NCBI GenBank assembly: GCA_002069945.1
Contig: MWCH01000001.1
Location: 4,252-68,251, forward strand
From: Microgenomates group bacterium ADurb.Bin219
GTDB lineage: Bacteria > Patescibacteriota > Microgenomatia > UM-FILTER-40-11
DNA length: 64,000 nucleotides
Direction of reading: 5' to 3'
Shown here: in pieces, positions 16,586-26,482 of the stretch
Numbering within the stretch: the first letter of the stretch is position 1
Layout of the letters: each line of letters opens with the position of its first letter
The notes under the pieces: generated by a model
The model's input: the letters and a program-made list of their open reading frames with translations, nothing else
Told to the model about the DNA's origin: nothing
Database searches by the model: none
Program-made: the position numbers and the translations under genes

Positions 16586-18805
16586 TCAATCCATTTTGTA
16601 GATTCTGGCGGTTCCCTGTTGAAAAACAACCTTTCCCAGACGATTAAATTTTGCTTCCTGAAGTTTGGGGTATTTGGTTTTTTCCATTCCCGAGACAATA
16701 ACATAGCGGACAGCATACTTATCAAGAATTTCTTTAGCGGTGGCAGGATCATTGGTTTCGTAAACGGTTTGAACTTCACCGGCTCTTTTTCCCGGTTCGT
16801 CATATGCGCCTCGCCAAAGCCATTCATGGACCAGCCAGCCTTCAATTGTCGGCAAGCCGGTAGCCATGGAAATTCTTTCGTAATCGGTATAGCTATCGCC
16901 GACCGCTTCCAAAATTACCGGTTGTCCGGTAACGTTATTGTTTAGCCAAACGACAACAGCATAATCATCCGGGTAAAGTCTTTCCAGAAATTTAAGTCCA
17001 TAAAGGCCTTTGTAATTTTTTGTTTCCAGAACCCCGTAATAGCCGGTGATGGAATAAATAGGATAAGACATAAGCAGGGTAAACAGTAAAAAGTAAACCG
17101 TAAACAGAAGGGTTTTTGTTTTGCTTTTAGGAAGAGATAATTTTAGTCTAACAAAAATGTAGCCGATAAGGACGGAAAACATAATAAAAGACTGGTAGGT
17201 CAGCTTAAACATCGTATTGGCCCGATGATAAGAAGGGATATAAATATCTTTTAAATAGATAATTTCCGGAATAATTATCAGAATAGTGGAAGCGAGAAAA
17301 AGAACCAAAATAAAAATATCGGGAATTAACAATTGGTGATTGGTTTGTAATTGAGAGTTAGTGGTTGACGGTTGGCGATTGGCAGTTGTTTTTATTTCTA
17401 CATTAACCCCCAGCGCGGAAGAGAAGAATCTAACAAAAGATTCTTTTTTTAAACCTGTTTTTATTCTTTTCTTAAACAAAAAAATCAAGTAAGTTATTCC
17501 AAAAAACCAGGGAGCACCCCAAAGTATCAACAACTGGTGCGGCAGGGAATGTTTCCAGACCAAGCCGATTCCCTTGCCGATTTGGTCAAATTTCAATAAG
17601 AAAGGCAAAATGAAAGGAATACTTCCAAGAACGGTAAAAAGACCGATTTTAATTGTTTGCCAAAGGGCTTTTTGAAAATCTTTGTAAATAAAGGAATAAC
17701 CGGCCAGCAATGTTAATCCCCAAACCATTAGGTAAATCGGGTAATCCCATTGGTTGGTCATAAAAGCGATTGAGAGGAGGATCGGAAGTGGGAAATGAGA
17801 AGCGAGAACGCGGCATGGAGAGATAGTTTTCTTTCCAATTTTGATTAGGAGAGTAAAAGCAACGGCGAGGAAAGTAAGAACGAAGGGAATGTCGGAAACG
17901 TGGCCGTGGAGGTCGGCGACGATAAAAGAATATGAGGGAAATTCGTGGATGGTTTTATCTTCCACTTCCGGGCAGTAGCCGATATAGCGGGTAGCGTCAG
18001 GATACCAGTAATTGTAGCTGCCGTTGCAGTAAGGTTTGTTCAAAACTTTCATTTTAAAGTTATAGTAGCCGGGATGAAGATTGGCGCCGAGAGAGACAAG
18101 GAGGGCGGAGATAAGGCCGGCAGCGATAACGGGTCGAAAGTTGTGAGAAGCGGGGTTGGGTTTTGAGAATTTTTGGAAAAAGTAAACAAGGTTGGCAGTT
18201 AGAGAAAAAGTCAGGGAAAAACAAAAAGCAAAAAGGGTAGCAATCATCAGATTATAGGCGACTGCGGAAGAAATTTGGGTAAGCTTAATTAAAAAGGCGG
18301 TTATATAGTGGCCGTAATAGTAATAGTTAATCGCCTTTCCGGCAAACCACATATCCGCCGGCGGGAAGTAACGGCTTCGCAAGATTGAATTGACAAAACC
18401 GTAATCCATAAATTTTTCCAGTCCTTGAATATCCGGTTGAAAACCCCGGATAAAAGACCAGAAAATAAGAGTAGCCAGAAAAAGAAGTTCTTCGGGTAAA
18501 TAGTAATTAGCGATTAGCGATTTGTAATTTTGGCCCAAATGCTTATTTCTTTTAAAAAGCCATAAGTTAAAGGCGACTCCGGCAATTATGGTCAACAAAA
18601 TCGTTTCTTGATAAAAAGGAAGGATTTTTAGGCTGGCCAACAGCCAGACGAGATAAGAAGAGAAAAGAATTCCGATGACCTTGGAAAAAAGATAACCCTG
18701 GTCAAAAAAATCGGCAAAAACCTTTCTGGTCAAAGGCAAAAAAATTAAGCCTAAACCAAAAAGACCAAGCCACCAGCGAAGAATGGTAAATAAATCGGAA
18801 AACAT
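16586..18805 (-). CDS. Large polytopic membrane protein, DUF2298/'YYY' (Chlor_Arch_YYY-like) family; putative GT-C glycosyltransferase
   Basis: The 739-aa product has many transmembrane helices and an AINYYYYGHYITAF motif (tandem Tyr). It has a large C-terminal soluble domain. Confidence 0.55.
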   Translation of the reverse strand: MFSDLFTILRWWLGLFGLGLIFLPLTRKVFADFFDQGYLFSKVIGILFSSYLVWLLASLKILPFYQETILLTIIAGVAFNLWLFKRNKHLGQNYKSLIANYYLPEELLFLATLIFWSFIRGFQPDIQGLEKFMDYGFVNSILRSRYFPPADMWFAGKAINYYYYGHYITAFLIKLTQISSAVAYNLMIATLFAFCFSLTFSLTANLVYFFQKFSKPNPASHNFRPVIAAGLISALLVSLGANLHPGYYNFKMKVLNKPYCNGSYNYWYPDATRYIGYCPEVEDKTIHEFPSYSFIVADLHGHVSDIPFVLTFLAVAFTLLIKIGKKTISPCRVLASHFPLPILLSIAFMTNQWDYPIYLMVWGLTLLAGYSFIYKDFQKALWQTIKIGLFTVLGSIPFILPFLLKFDQIGKGIGLVWKHSLPHQLLILWGAPWFFGITYLIFLFKKRIKTGLKKESFVRFFSSALGVNVEIKTTANRQPSTTNSQLQTNHQLLIPDIFILVLFLASTILIIIPEIIYLKDIYIPSYHRANTMFKLTYQSFIMFSVLIGYIFVRLKLSLPKSKTKTLLFTVYFLLFTLLMSYPIYSITGYYGVLETKNYKGLYGLKFLERLYPDDYAVVVWLNNNVTGQPVILEAVGDSYTDYERISMATGLPTIEGWLVHEWLWRGAYDEPGKRAGEVQTVYETNDPATAKEILDKYAVRYVIVSGMEKTKYPKLQEAKFNRLGKVVFQQGTARIYKMD

Positions 18806-18925
18806 AAAGCCATTTTAGAAATATGTTGTGTTTGTTTCAAGAGGCTGGTATATTTGAACAAGAAAAATTCGAAATCCGAGGCTAAACCTGGTGTTTAAAA
18901 TTTAGAAATTGAATTTAGTTTTTTT

Positions 18926-19474
18926 ATGATTAGGAAGATCAAAATTGCTTTTGATTTGGACGGAATATTAATTGATAAACCGCCTTTTGTCCCCAAGAGA
19001 TTATTGGAATGGCTTTTCAAGGGCAGCGACGGGGAGAGATTGCACTATCGTTTTCCCAAAACGAAACTTGAACAATTGATTAGGAAACTTTCCCACTTTT
19101 ATTTTTTCCGGCCGGCGATTAAGGAAAATATTGAAGTTGTTAAACGATTGGCGAAAGATAAAAGATATGAACTATATATTGTTTCGGGAAGGTATTCCTT
19201 TTTGGAGAAAGAAACCTACATTTGGCTTAAAAGAGCCGGAATTAAAAATTGCTTTGAAAAGATATTTCTTAACCTGGGCGACAACCAGCCCCATCTTTAC
19301 AAAGAACAAATCTTAGCCTCTCTCAAGCCCGATATTTTTATTGACGATGATGATTTAATCGCCGATTTTTTGGCCGGGAAATTTCCAGAAGTTAAGATTT
19401 TTTGTTGCTTCGACAGAGGCGAAAAGTGCCGCAAAGCTAAATTTATAAACCAACTTACGGAAATCACAAGTTAA
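18926..19474 (+). CDS. HAD-superfamily hydrolase-like protein
   Basis: The sequence begins IAFDLDGILID (the DxDG nucleophile motif) and has a C-terminal IFIDDDD segment. Confidence 0.45.
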   Translation: MIRKIKIAFDLDGILIDKPPFVPKRLLEWLFKGSDGERLHYRFPKTKLEQLIRKLSHFYFFRPAIKENIEVVKRLAKDKRYELYIVSGRYSFLEKETYIWLKRAGIKNCFEKIFLNLGDNQPHLYKEQILASLKPDIFIDDDDLIADFLAGKFPEVKIFCCFDRGEKCRKAKFINQLTEITS

Positions 19475-19481
19475 TTTCCAA

Positions 19482-20612
19482 ATGAAGATTTTAATAGTTC
19501 TGACCTACTATCGTCCTCATTGGACGGGATTGACCCAATATGCCGCCAGATTAGCGGAAGGCTTGGCCAAAAAAGGCCACCAAGTAGAAGTAATTTGCAG
19601 CCAACACGACAAGGAAACTGCCCTGGAAGAGACGGTTAACAAAGTAAAAATTTTTCGGGTTCCTTACCAGTTTCGGTTTTTAAGAAGTGTTATCATGCTT
19701 GGGTTTTTCGGGAAAATTATTCCCAGGATAAACAAGAACGAAGTGGTTTTGGTTTTTTTGCCGTTACAGGAAATTGTTTTTGTATCTTTTTTAACGAAAA
19801 TTTTCCGGAAAAAATTGTTTTTGGTTCATAACGGAGACTTGGTTTTACCCGAAAAAGGAAATTGTTTAAATCGCTTAACGGAAAAGATTTATTATCGGAC
19901 AACTTCGTTGGGAATTAAAAATTCCGAAGGAATAATAATTCATACCGAAGACTATGCCAAAAATTCAAAACATTTGTCGTTATTCAAAGACAAGTGGCGG
20001 GTAATTTTACCACCGTTTATTATTCCCGAAATAAAAGAAAAGCAAGTTGAAAACTTTTTAAAAAAATACAAATTGCAGGGCAAAAAGCTTATTGGTTTCT
20101 CCGGCCGGTTTGTCGAGGAAAAGGGAGTTGATTATTTGTTGGAAGCGATCCCCCTAGTCATTAAAAAGATTCCCGAAGCCCATTTTGTTTTTGCCGGAGA
20201 ACATAAAGTTAATTATGAGAAGTTTTGGGAAAAAATTGAACCCTTGATTAAAAAGTACCAAAAGCATATTTCTTTGCTTGGAGTGCTTAACCAAGAAGAG
20301 ATTTTTGTTTTTTACAAAGCAATTGAGGTTTTAGTAATTCCTTCAAGAACCGACTGTTTTCCTTTTGCGCAGATTGAGGCGATGCTTTCGGGAACACCGG
20401 TGGTTTGTACGGATATTCCCGGAGCCAGGTGGGCAATAAAAGAAACAGGGATGGGCGAATTGGTCAAGCCAAAAGATCCGCTGGAATTAACGGAAGGAAT
20501 TGTAAGAGTAATTAAAAATAAAGAATCTTATCGGGAAAATTTTTCTAAAGCCCAAAGAATTTTTAACGATAAAAAATCAATTCTCGATTATGAAAAACTC
20601 TTAGAGGCTTAA
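19482..20612 (+). CDS. Glycosyltransferase family 4 (GT-B, retaining)
   Basis: The C-terminal domain has GFSGRFVEEKGVDYLLEA and EAMLSGTPVVCTDIPG, an E-x7-E-like signature. Confidence 0.8.
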   Translation: MKILIVLTYYRPHWTGLTQYAARLAEGLAKKGHQVEVICSQHDKETALEETVNKVKIFRVPYQFRFLRSVIMLGFFGKIIPRINKNEVVLVFLPLQEIVFVSFLTKIFRKKLFLVHNGDLVLPEKGNCLNRLTEKIYYRTTSLGIKNSEGIIIHTEDYAKNSKHLSLFKDKWRVILPPFIIPEIKEKQVENFLKKYKLQGKKLIGFSGRFVEEKGVDYLLEAIPLVIKKIPEAHFVFAGEHKVNYEKFWEKIEPLIKKYQKHISLLGVLNQEEIFVFYKAIEVLVIPSRTDCFPFAQIEAMLSGTPVVCTDIPGARWAIKETGMGELVKPKDPLELTEGIVRVIKNKESYRENFSKAQRIFNDKKSILDYEKLLEA

Positions 20613-20616
20613 ACAA

Positions 20617-21354
20617 ATGAAAATTTACAAGGAAGACAAAGAAACCATTTTTCTTTCTCAGTTTAAAGATCCGTTGATGGACCATCTTTATAAAAAGATT
20701 CTGTTTCATTTAAAAGACGCACCCGGAAAAAAATTGTTGGATGTTGGCTGTGGGGCGGGAAAAGTTATTTCTTTGGCCGGAAAAGACGGTTTTGAGGTTC
20801 TTGGAGTTGAGATTGAAGAAAAAGTTGCCGGATTGGCTCAAAAGAATCTTCAAAAAGAGAGGGTTAAAGGAAAAATTATTACCGTAGATATTTTAAAGAC
20901 GAAATTAAAAAAAGAGCAATTTGACGTAGTTGTTTGCTCTGAAGTTATTGAACACGTAGATTCGCCGGAGAAGATAATTCAAGAAATCCATAGACTTTTA
21001 AAAAAAGATGGAATACTAATTCTTACCACTCCCCACAATCAGAGATATTGGACGGTTTCTGACGAATTTGCTGAGCACAAAAGACGTTTTTCTATCAAGC
21101 AGATAAAGAAGATATTGGCAAATTTTGAGATTAAAAAAATATATACGGTCGGTTTTCCCGGGATGGCCAGCTTAATACTAATTTATAATTTTTTGGTGAA
21201 ATTATTAAGAATTCAGCACAATGCCTCTTGGAGAAGACAACAATTTAAGCAATGGCCTTTTTATTTGGTCTCTACAATCTTGTTGAGGATTGACGATATT
21301 TTTAACGGTCTTAATTTCGGAATTGACATTGTTGCCGTTGCCAAGAAGAAGTAA
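20617..21354 (+). CDS. Class I SAM-dependent methyltransferase
   Basis: Motif I is LDVGCGAGKV, followed by an acidic residue after beta2 and VVCSEVIEHV ... DGILILTTP. Confidence 0.75.
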   Translation: MKIYKEDKETIFLSQFKDPLMDHLYKKILFHLKDAPGKKLLDVGCGAGKVISLAGKDGFEVLGVEIEEKVAGLAQKNLQKERVKGKIITVDILKTKLKKEQFDVVVCSEVIEHVDSPEKIIQEIHRLLKKDGILILTTPHNQRYWTVSDEFAEHKRRFSIKQIKKILANFEIKKIYTVGFPGMASLILIYNFLVKLLRIQHNASWRRQQFKQWPFYLVSTILLRIDDIFNGLNFGIDIVAVAKKK

Positions 21355-21368
21355 TTAAAACAAATTCG

Positions 21369-23117
21369 TTAATTTATTTTTGCCCTTCTTTTAAAAATCA
21401 TTACTTTCGGGTGGTCGTAAACCGTGAATGATTCGTCGGCCGATTGGTCGGGAAAACAAAAAAGATTATATTTTCCCGGAGGAAAACAGGGATAGGAAGT
21501 AAATTCGGCAATTTTTTCAAAATTTAATTTTCCGGCGAGAAGATCTTGGTAAAACTTGGCGGAAACAGGATATTTTTGAGGCAATCTTCCGATTGATCCC
21601 CAGAGCCGGTTTGAAGAGAGAACCAGGTAATCAATTTTCGCCAATTGCCGGTTAATAATTTTCCATTTCTCTTCGGTATCCGGCGCAAAAAGTGCCAGCT
21701 CCTCAAGTTGATAAAGAGAGCTGCTTTTTCCCTTCAAGCCAAGGGGTAATCCGTCGTCCCAGTGTTCGTAAGAAAGTATTGAGCCGGGAAGAATGTTTTG
21801 GTAAATCCATTCCGAAGCGGTGACGCGGGTAATGGGTTTAGTATAAATATTCAGAAAAGAAAGCGGGTACACTAATATTAAAATGAAAAATGAAAAATTA
21901 AAAATTAAAAATTTATGAGGAAATGTTTTTTTGATGCAAGTTGAGATATTGGATAGGAATAAGGCGGAGAGGATGGCCAGGAAAGGATAAATCGGATAAA
22001 AGTAACGGGATACTTTTCCGAATTGAACGCCTTGGTAAATAAAAAGAAAGATTATCCAGAAGAGCATAAGTAAATAGGAAGTGCTAAGCGGTAAGCGGAA
22101 TTTTGTTCTTTTTTTGATGATACTTTGGATAAGAAGGTTTATAAAAAAAACTATTGCCCCAAGAGAGATTATTCCCAAAGGAAGACCAAGTCCCCACAAA
22201 ACCATATTTTTTAAGGGAAAGATAATTGGCTTGGTTCCGATCCATTGGATTGCAGGAGGATACCAGCCGTTGGGATCAGCCGAAACGTTTAGTTCTTTAA
22301 GATTATTTACAAATTTTGGATTGGGAATTGGCCTAAAAAAATTATTATCGACAAAAGCTTGGGGTTGGTTAAAACGAAATGCGCCGTAGGCGCATAGTCC
22401 AAAACACAGAGCGCAAAGCGCAAAGAAAATTATTTTTTTTGATTTAAGAAGAATAAAAAGAAACCCCAGACCGATGACGGGCAAGAATAAAGCGGCGGAG
22501 ATTTTACAGGCAAGAGCGAGGCCGAAGGAAAAGCCCAGGAACGAGGCGGTTAAGAAAGAGCGTCCCCGCTTCGTCTCGGCGAAATCGGACTTTGTTAAAA
22601 GTAGGGAGATTAAGAAATAGAAGGAAAGGACGAGGAAGAAGTTTAAAAAAGTGTCAACGGTGAAAAAGTGGGAAAGTTGGATTGGCAGAACCATAATGGA
22701 ATAAAGAAAGGCGGCCAGGAGGGGGACAGTTGGTTGTTGGGGGTGAATAATTTTTTTGGAGATGAGATAGACGAGATAAACGGTGCCAACATCAAAAAGA
22801 GCGGAAAGAATCCGGCCGATAAGGTGAATATTGCCGTAATTATCGTTATCGGCAAGAACTCCCAGAACTTTGGTTAGATTTAAAGGGAAGGTGCCGTAGA
22901 CAAAAAAACCGTAACCCACATTATAAGGATTCATCGTGGAAATTTTGGGATCAAGATAGTCGCCGAGGCTTTGGGGAATTTTCATTGAAGTCAGAACCAT
23001 CGTTAAAAATCTTTCGTCCGGGTGAAGATGTTGGCCTTGATCCCAGTTAAGGCCGTAAAGACGAAAAATAAACGCTAAAAGTAAAATAATTAAAACTTTT
23101 GTTTTTAAATTTTTCAT
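21369..23117 (-). CDS. GT-C fold membrane glycosyltransferase (PMT/ArnT/GT39-like)
   Basis: It has an N-terminal transmembrane segment and the segment YGLNWDQGQHLHPDERF, then about 12 transmembrane helices and a C-terminal soluble domain. Confidence 0.55.
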   Translation of the reverse strand: MKNLKTKVLIILLLAFIFRLYGLNWDQGQHLHPDERFLTMVLTSMKIPQSLGDYLDPKISTMNPYNVGYGFFVYGTFPLNLTKVLGVLADNDNYGNIHLIGRILSALFDVGTVYLVYLISKKIIHPQQPTVPLLAAFLYSIMVLPIQLSHFFTVDTFLNFFLVLSFYFLISLLLTKSDFAETKRGRSFLTASFLGFSFGLALACKISAALFLPVIGLGFLFILLKSKKIIFFALCALCFGLCAYGAFRFNQPQAFVDNNFFRPIPNPKFVNNLKELNVSADPNGWYPPAIQWIGTKPIIFPLKNMVLWGLGLPLGIISLGAIVFFINLLIQSIIKKRTKFRLPLSTSYLLMLFWIIFLFIYQGVQFGKVSRYFYPIYPFLAILSALFLSNISTCIKKTFPHKFLIFNFSFFILILVYPLSFLNIYTKPITRVTASEWIYQNILPGSILSYEHWDDGLPLGLKGKSSSLYQLEELALFAPDTEEKWKIINRQLAKIDYLVLSSNRLWGSIGRLPQKYPVSAKFYQDLLAGKLNFEKIAEFTSYPCFPPGKYNLFCFPDQSADESFTVYDHPKVMIFKRRAKIN

Positions 23118-23123
23118 TTTTAA

Positions 23124-24722
23124 TTAAAATTTACCGACCTTTGTTTTACATAATTTAAAACTACCCAGTGGTTCTTTTAGCTTTATTTGCTCTTCACATA
23201 AATCATTGTAGGCTATGATTGATCTTCCGGGAAGATCGGTTGGAACTTTCAAAATATTAGTTTCAAGAACTAAAAAAACATTTTGATTCTTTTTAAATTG
23301 AGAAATAGGGAATAAAGAATTCTTTTGAAAAGGCGATTCGTCTTGAGGGTAGTAGAATTTATCGATCATATTCCAATAGCTAGCTATTTCTGGCGGGAAT
23401 ATTTTATTATCATTGCCGATTAACCATATTACCGAAAGGTTGGTTGGCTTCTTACTTAGAAAGTATTTATAAATTTCATTTTGCTCCCTATAGAAGGTTA
23501 AATAGGCTGGATTTTTAGAAGAAATATATATAAAATCTTTCATTTCCCTTACAATAGTTACTCCAAATAAAACAAAAGAAAAAATTAAAAAAATCCGAAT
23601 ATGGGTACGCGTTCTGGTCATTTTTTTGACAGCAAGGATTATGTTTTCAAGAGAAACAGCAGCGAGAAAGTAAAAAAAAGGGACTAAACAAATATATGTT
23701 CTAGGTAATAGAATTCCAAATATAATATGATAAAAAATTGCTCCTAAAAAAATGAAGGCAGCAAAAAAGTATTTTGTTTGAATCAATCCTAAGACCAATC
23801 CCATTAGAGATAAAATAGTTATGATTTTTGGAACGAAAGAATTATTGTTTTCAAAAAGGAAATCTCGCACCCCTCCTGTAAGTTGATTTTTAAAAGTAAG
23901 AAAATTATTTTGGAGGACAGTGAAATCAATCTTAAAATTTTTCTTTAAGGAAAGAGACGGGGTCATTCCATAGGATTTTGAAATAGCATTTTCTTTAATA
24001 TTATTTATCCATTTTTTAGTAAAAAAACAGGGAAAAAGACTAAAAACCAAAACCAAAATAAGGGATTTTTTAAATAAAACCCTTTTTTTTAAGACGGCTT
24101 GGAACAGACAAGATAAGACCAGAACAATAAAAAAAAGTATTAAATAATGATAGGCGATATTAAAACTCAAAAGACAGATTGAGATTAAAAAACTTGAAAT
24201 TAATATATTAATAATAGAAAAATTTTTAATTCCTCTTAAGAATAAATAAACCGCAGGAAGAAAAAAAATATTAACAAGGGTATCTCCGTGGATAATTCTC
24301 GCGCAAATTAGTTCATAATTGGAGAAAGCGAAGAGTGAAAAGATTGACAATGATACCGGGAGAGAAAAAAAACTTGTTAAGCAGATGAAGAAAATGAAGG
24401 AAGAAATAACATTAAGAAAAGAAAGAAGATAGCGGAAGGATAAAACATTCTGGTACCCAATAATTTTGTAATAGATTGCGCCTATCCCGAAAACAATTGG
24501 ATATTGTTTTAAATCTAAGTCGTATCTAGACCAAGTGCCAAATGATGAAGGTTCTTCTTTTTTGGATGCAGCGGCAAAACTCGCTATCCATTGGATTTCA
24601 TCTCCTTCTATACCCCAAGGGATTTTATCAATAGCATATATTCTTGAAAATAATAAAATAAGCAAAATTAAAAGGTAAGGAATTACTTTCTTAATTTTTT
24701 TAAAAAAAGGCTTGACAATCAT
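23124..24722 (-). CDS. GT-C fold membrane glycosyltransferase-like protein
   Basis: It is polytopic, with an IDKIPWGIEGDE segment after the first transmembrane helix. It sits in the same tandem array as its paralogs. Confidence 0.45.
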   Translation of the reverse strand: MIVKPFFKKIKKVIPYLLILLILLFSRIYAIDKIPWGIEGDEIQWIASFAAASKKEEPSSFGTWSRYDLDLKQYPIVFGIGAIYYKIIGYQNVLSFRYLLSFLNVISSFIFFICLTSFFSLPVSLSIFSLFAFSNYELICARIIHGDTLVNIFFLPAVYLFLRGIKNFSIINILISSFLISICLLSFNIAYHYLILFFIVLVLSCLFQAVLKKRVLFKKSLILVLVFSLFPCFFTKKWINNIKENAISKSYGMTPSLSLKKNFKIDFTVLQNNFLTFKNQLTGGVRDFLFENNNSFVPKIITILSLMGLVLGLIQTKYFFAAFIFLGAIFYHIIFGILLPRTYICLVPFFYFLAAVSLENIILAVKKMTRTRTHIRIFLIFSFVLFGVTIVREMKDFIYISSKNPAYLTFYREQNEIYKYFLSKKPTNLSVIWLIGNDNKIFPPEIASYWNMIDKFYYPQDESPFQKNSLFPISQFKKNQNVFLVLETNILKVPTDLPGRSIIAYNDLCEEQIKLKEPLGSFKLCKTKVGKF

Positions 24723-26482
24723 TTGTTGTAAATTGGCATTTTTTTGTAAATTCTGATTACCGGGTGGTCAAAAACCGAGAAGGTTTCCTCGGCCTGTTCG
24801 TCGGAAATTTGTAATTGGAAATTAGTGGCTAGTAGTTGGGAAAAAGGGAAAAACGTTTTAATTTCCTTATACCCCAGTTTTCCCGAAAAAAGCAATTGGT
24901 AATATTTGGTTACCAGGGGGTATTTTTCCGGGAAACGCAGATGATTCATAAATACTCTTCTTGAGGGAACGATAATGAAATCGGAAGTTTCCAAATAATT
25001 TGACAAATTTTCGTAAAGCTCCGGAGATTGGTCCAAGTCGTAGAAATTGAAGGAAATCATCTTTAAAAAGTAATTAGTGGTTGGTGGTTGGTGGTTAGAA
25101 GGGAGAATCGGTATGTCAACAACATTGGCGGTATCAAAAAGAACCTGAGAGCCGGAGGGGATGTTTTGGTAGATCCATTCCGAGGCGGTAAAACGGATAT
25201 CGGGCTTAAAATAAATTTGAGAGAAAAAGAGGCCGGGTAATAAACTAAAAACTAAAAATGAAAAACGAAAAACGGCAATTAAGAATTTAAAAAGTTTTAG
25301 TTTTCCCCCTTTTAAGAATAAGGAAGAAATTTTGGCGGTAAATCTTATTAAAAAATAGGAGGCAAAGAGGGAGAAAAAAGGGAAAATGGGTGCCATAAAA
25401 CGGGTCCATTTGGCAAAAAGAAAGGCATTGGGAAGAAAATAAACTAAAAATGAAAAAAGAAAAAGAAAAAATGAGTACTCGGCTAAGTTAAATTTTCTTT
25501 TGATTGCGGATTTTATTAAAGAAACGGCCAGCAAAATAAAACCCAAAGTGCCGAAAATAAATATCGGCCAGCCGAGAGCGTAAGGAAAGATTTTTTCCAA
25601 TTGGAATAAAACGGGAACGGTCTTGATAAATTGCCGGGTATAGAAAACGGGGCTTTTTCCTTGGGCGACCGAGATTTCATACAAAAGAGTTCCTTTGGTT
25701 TCCTTATATGCCAAGAGAAGATAGGGGGAAACCAGAAGAGTAAGAATAAGAGCAAAAGCAAGAGACAGGGCGATTTTAAAGACAAAGATGGATTTTACTT
25801 TAATTTTTGCCCTTGTATTTTTAAGTTGCCATAAAGCGGCTAAAAACAAAGGAATAAAAAAAACGACAGCCGTAATTTTCGTTCCCAAAGCAATTCCCAA
25901 AAAAAAGCCGGCAGAAAGATAATTTTTAAGACTGGGTTTTTCCAGAATCTTTAAAGAAAAATAGATGATTGCCAGAAAACAGAAAGCAAGAATTGATTCA
26001 GTGGTGCCGAAATGAGCGGCTTGGATAAGGCCGGGAGTAAAAGCAACGGCGGTTGCAGTTAAAAGTGAAAAGTTCAACGTTAAAAGTTTTTTGGAAGCGA
26101 AGATTTTTTGGGAGATTAAATAGGCGAGGCAGATAGTGGCGGTTGAAAAAAACGCGGACCAGAAACGCAAAAAAAGAATCGCTTGGTCCAGTTTTAAAAT
26201 CTCACCGAATTTTGCCGGAAACCAGAAAGAAAGCAAACGGGCAGAAAAATAGGCCAGATATAAAGGGAATTGGCCATAAGCGTAAAACCGAGGATCCAGA
26301 TTTTGGGAAGAAAAACTGGTAATCGCAACCGCCATATTTCGTTCGTCCGGATGGAAAGGATAAGGCAGTCCCCAGTTTAGGCCAGAGAAACGGAGAAAAG
26401 CACCGAGGAGGAGAATTAAAAACATCGAACAATGAACTTTGGAGAAATTAAATCTTTTTAAGGATCTCATAAGCGACATCAT
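24719..26482 (-). CDS. GT-C fold membrane glycosyltransferase (PMT/ArnT/GT39-like), paralog of 21369..23117
   Basis: The segment SGLNWGLPYPFHPDERN parallels the paralog. The protein is polytopic. Its start overlaps the 3' end of the upstream oxidoreductase gene. Confidence 0.55.
   Translation of the reverse strand: MMSLMRSLKRFNFSKVHCSMFLILLLGAFLRFSGLNWGLPYPFHPDERNMAVAITSFSSQNLDPRFYAYGQFPLYLAYFSARLLSFWFPAKFGEILKLDQAILFLRFWSAFFSTATICLAYLISQKIFASKKLLTLNFSLLTATAVAFTPGLIQAAHFGTTESILAFCFLAIIYFSLKILEKPSLKNYLSAGFFLGIALGTKITAVVFFIPLFLAALWQLKNTRAKIKVKSIFVFKIALSLAFALILTLLVSPYLLLAYKETKGTLLYEISVAQGKSPVFYTRQFIKTVPVLFQLEKIFPYALGWPIFIFGTLGFILLAVSLIKSAIKRKFNLAEYSFFLFLFSFLVYFLPNAFLFAKWTRFMAPIFPFFSLFASYFLIRFTAKISSLFLKGGKLKLFKFLIAVFRFSFLVFSLLPGLFFSQIYFKPDIRFTASEWIYQNIPSGSQVLFDTANVVDIPILPSNHQPPTTNYFLKMISFNFYDLDQSPELYENLSNYLETSDFIIVPSRRVFMNHLRFPEKYPLVTKYYQLLFSGKLGYKEIKTFFPFSQLLATNFQLQISDEQAEETFSVFDHPVIRIYKKMPIYNK

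Noticed and set aside
16558-16945. ORFs 16558..16845(-) and 16619..16945(+)
   Set aside because: They overlap the 3' end of the 739-aa DUF2298 gene in other frames, and the larger gene explains the region.
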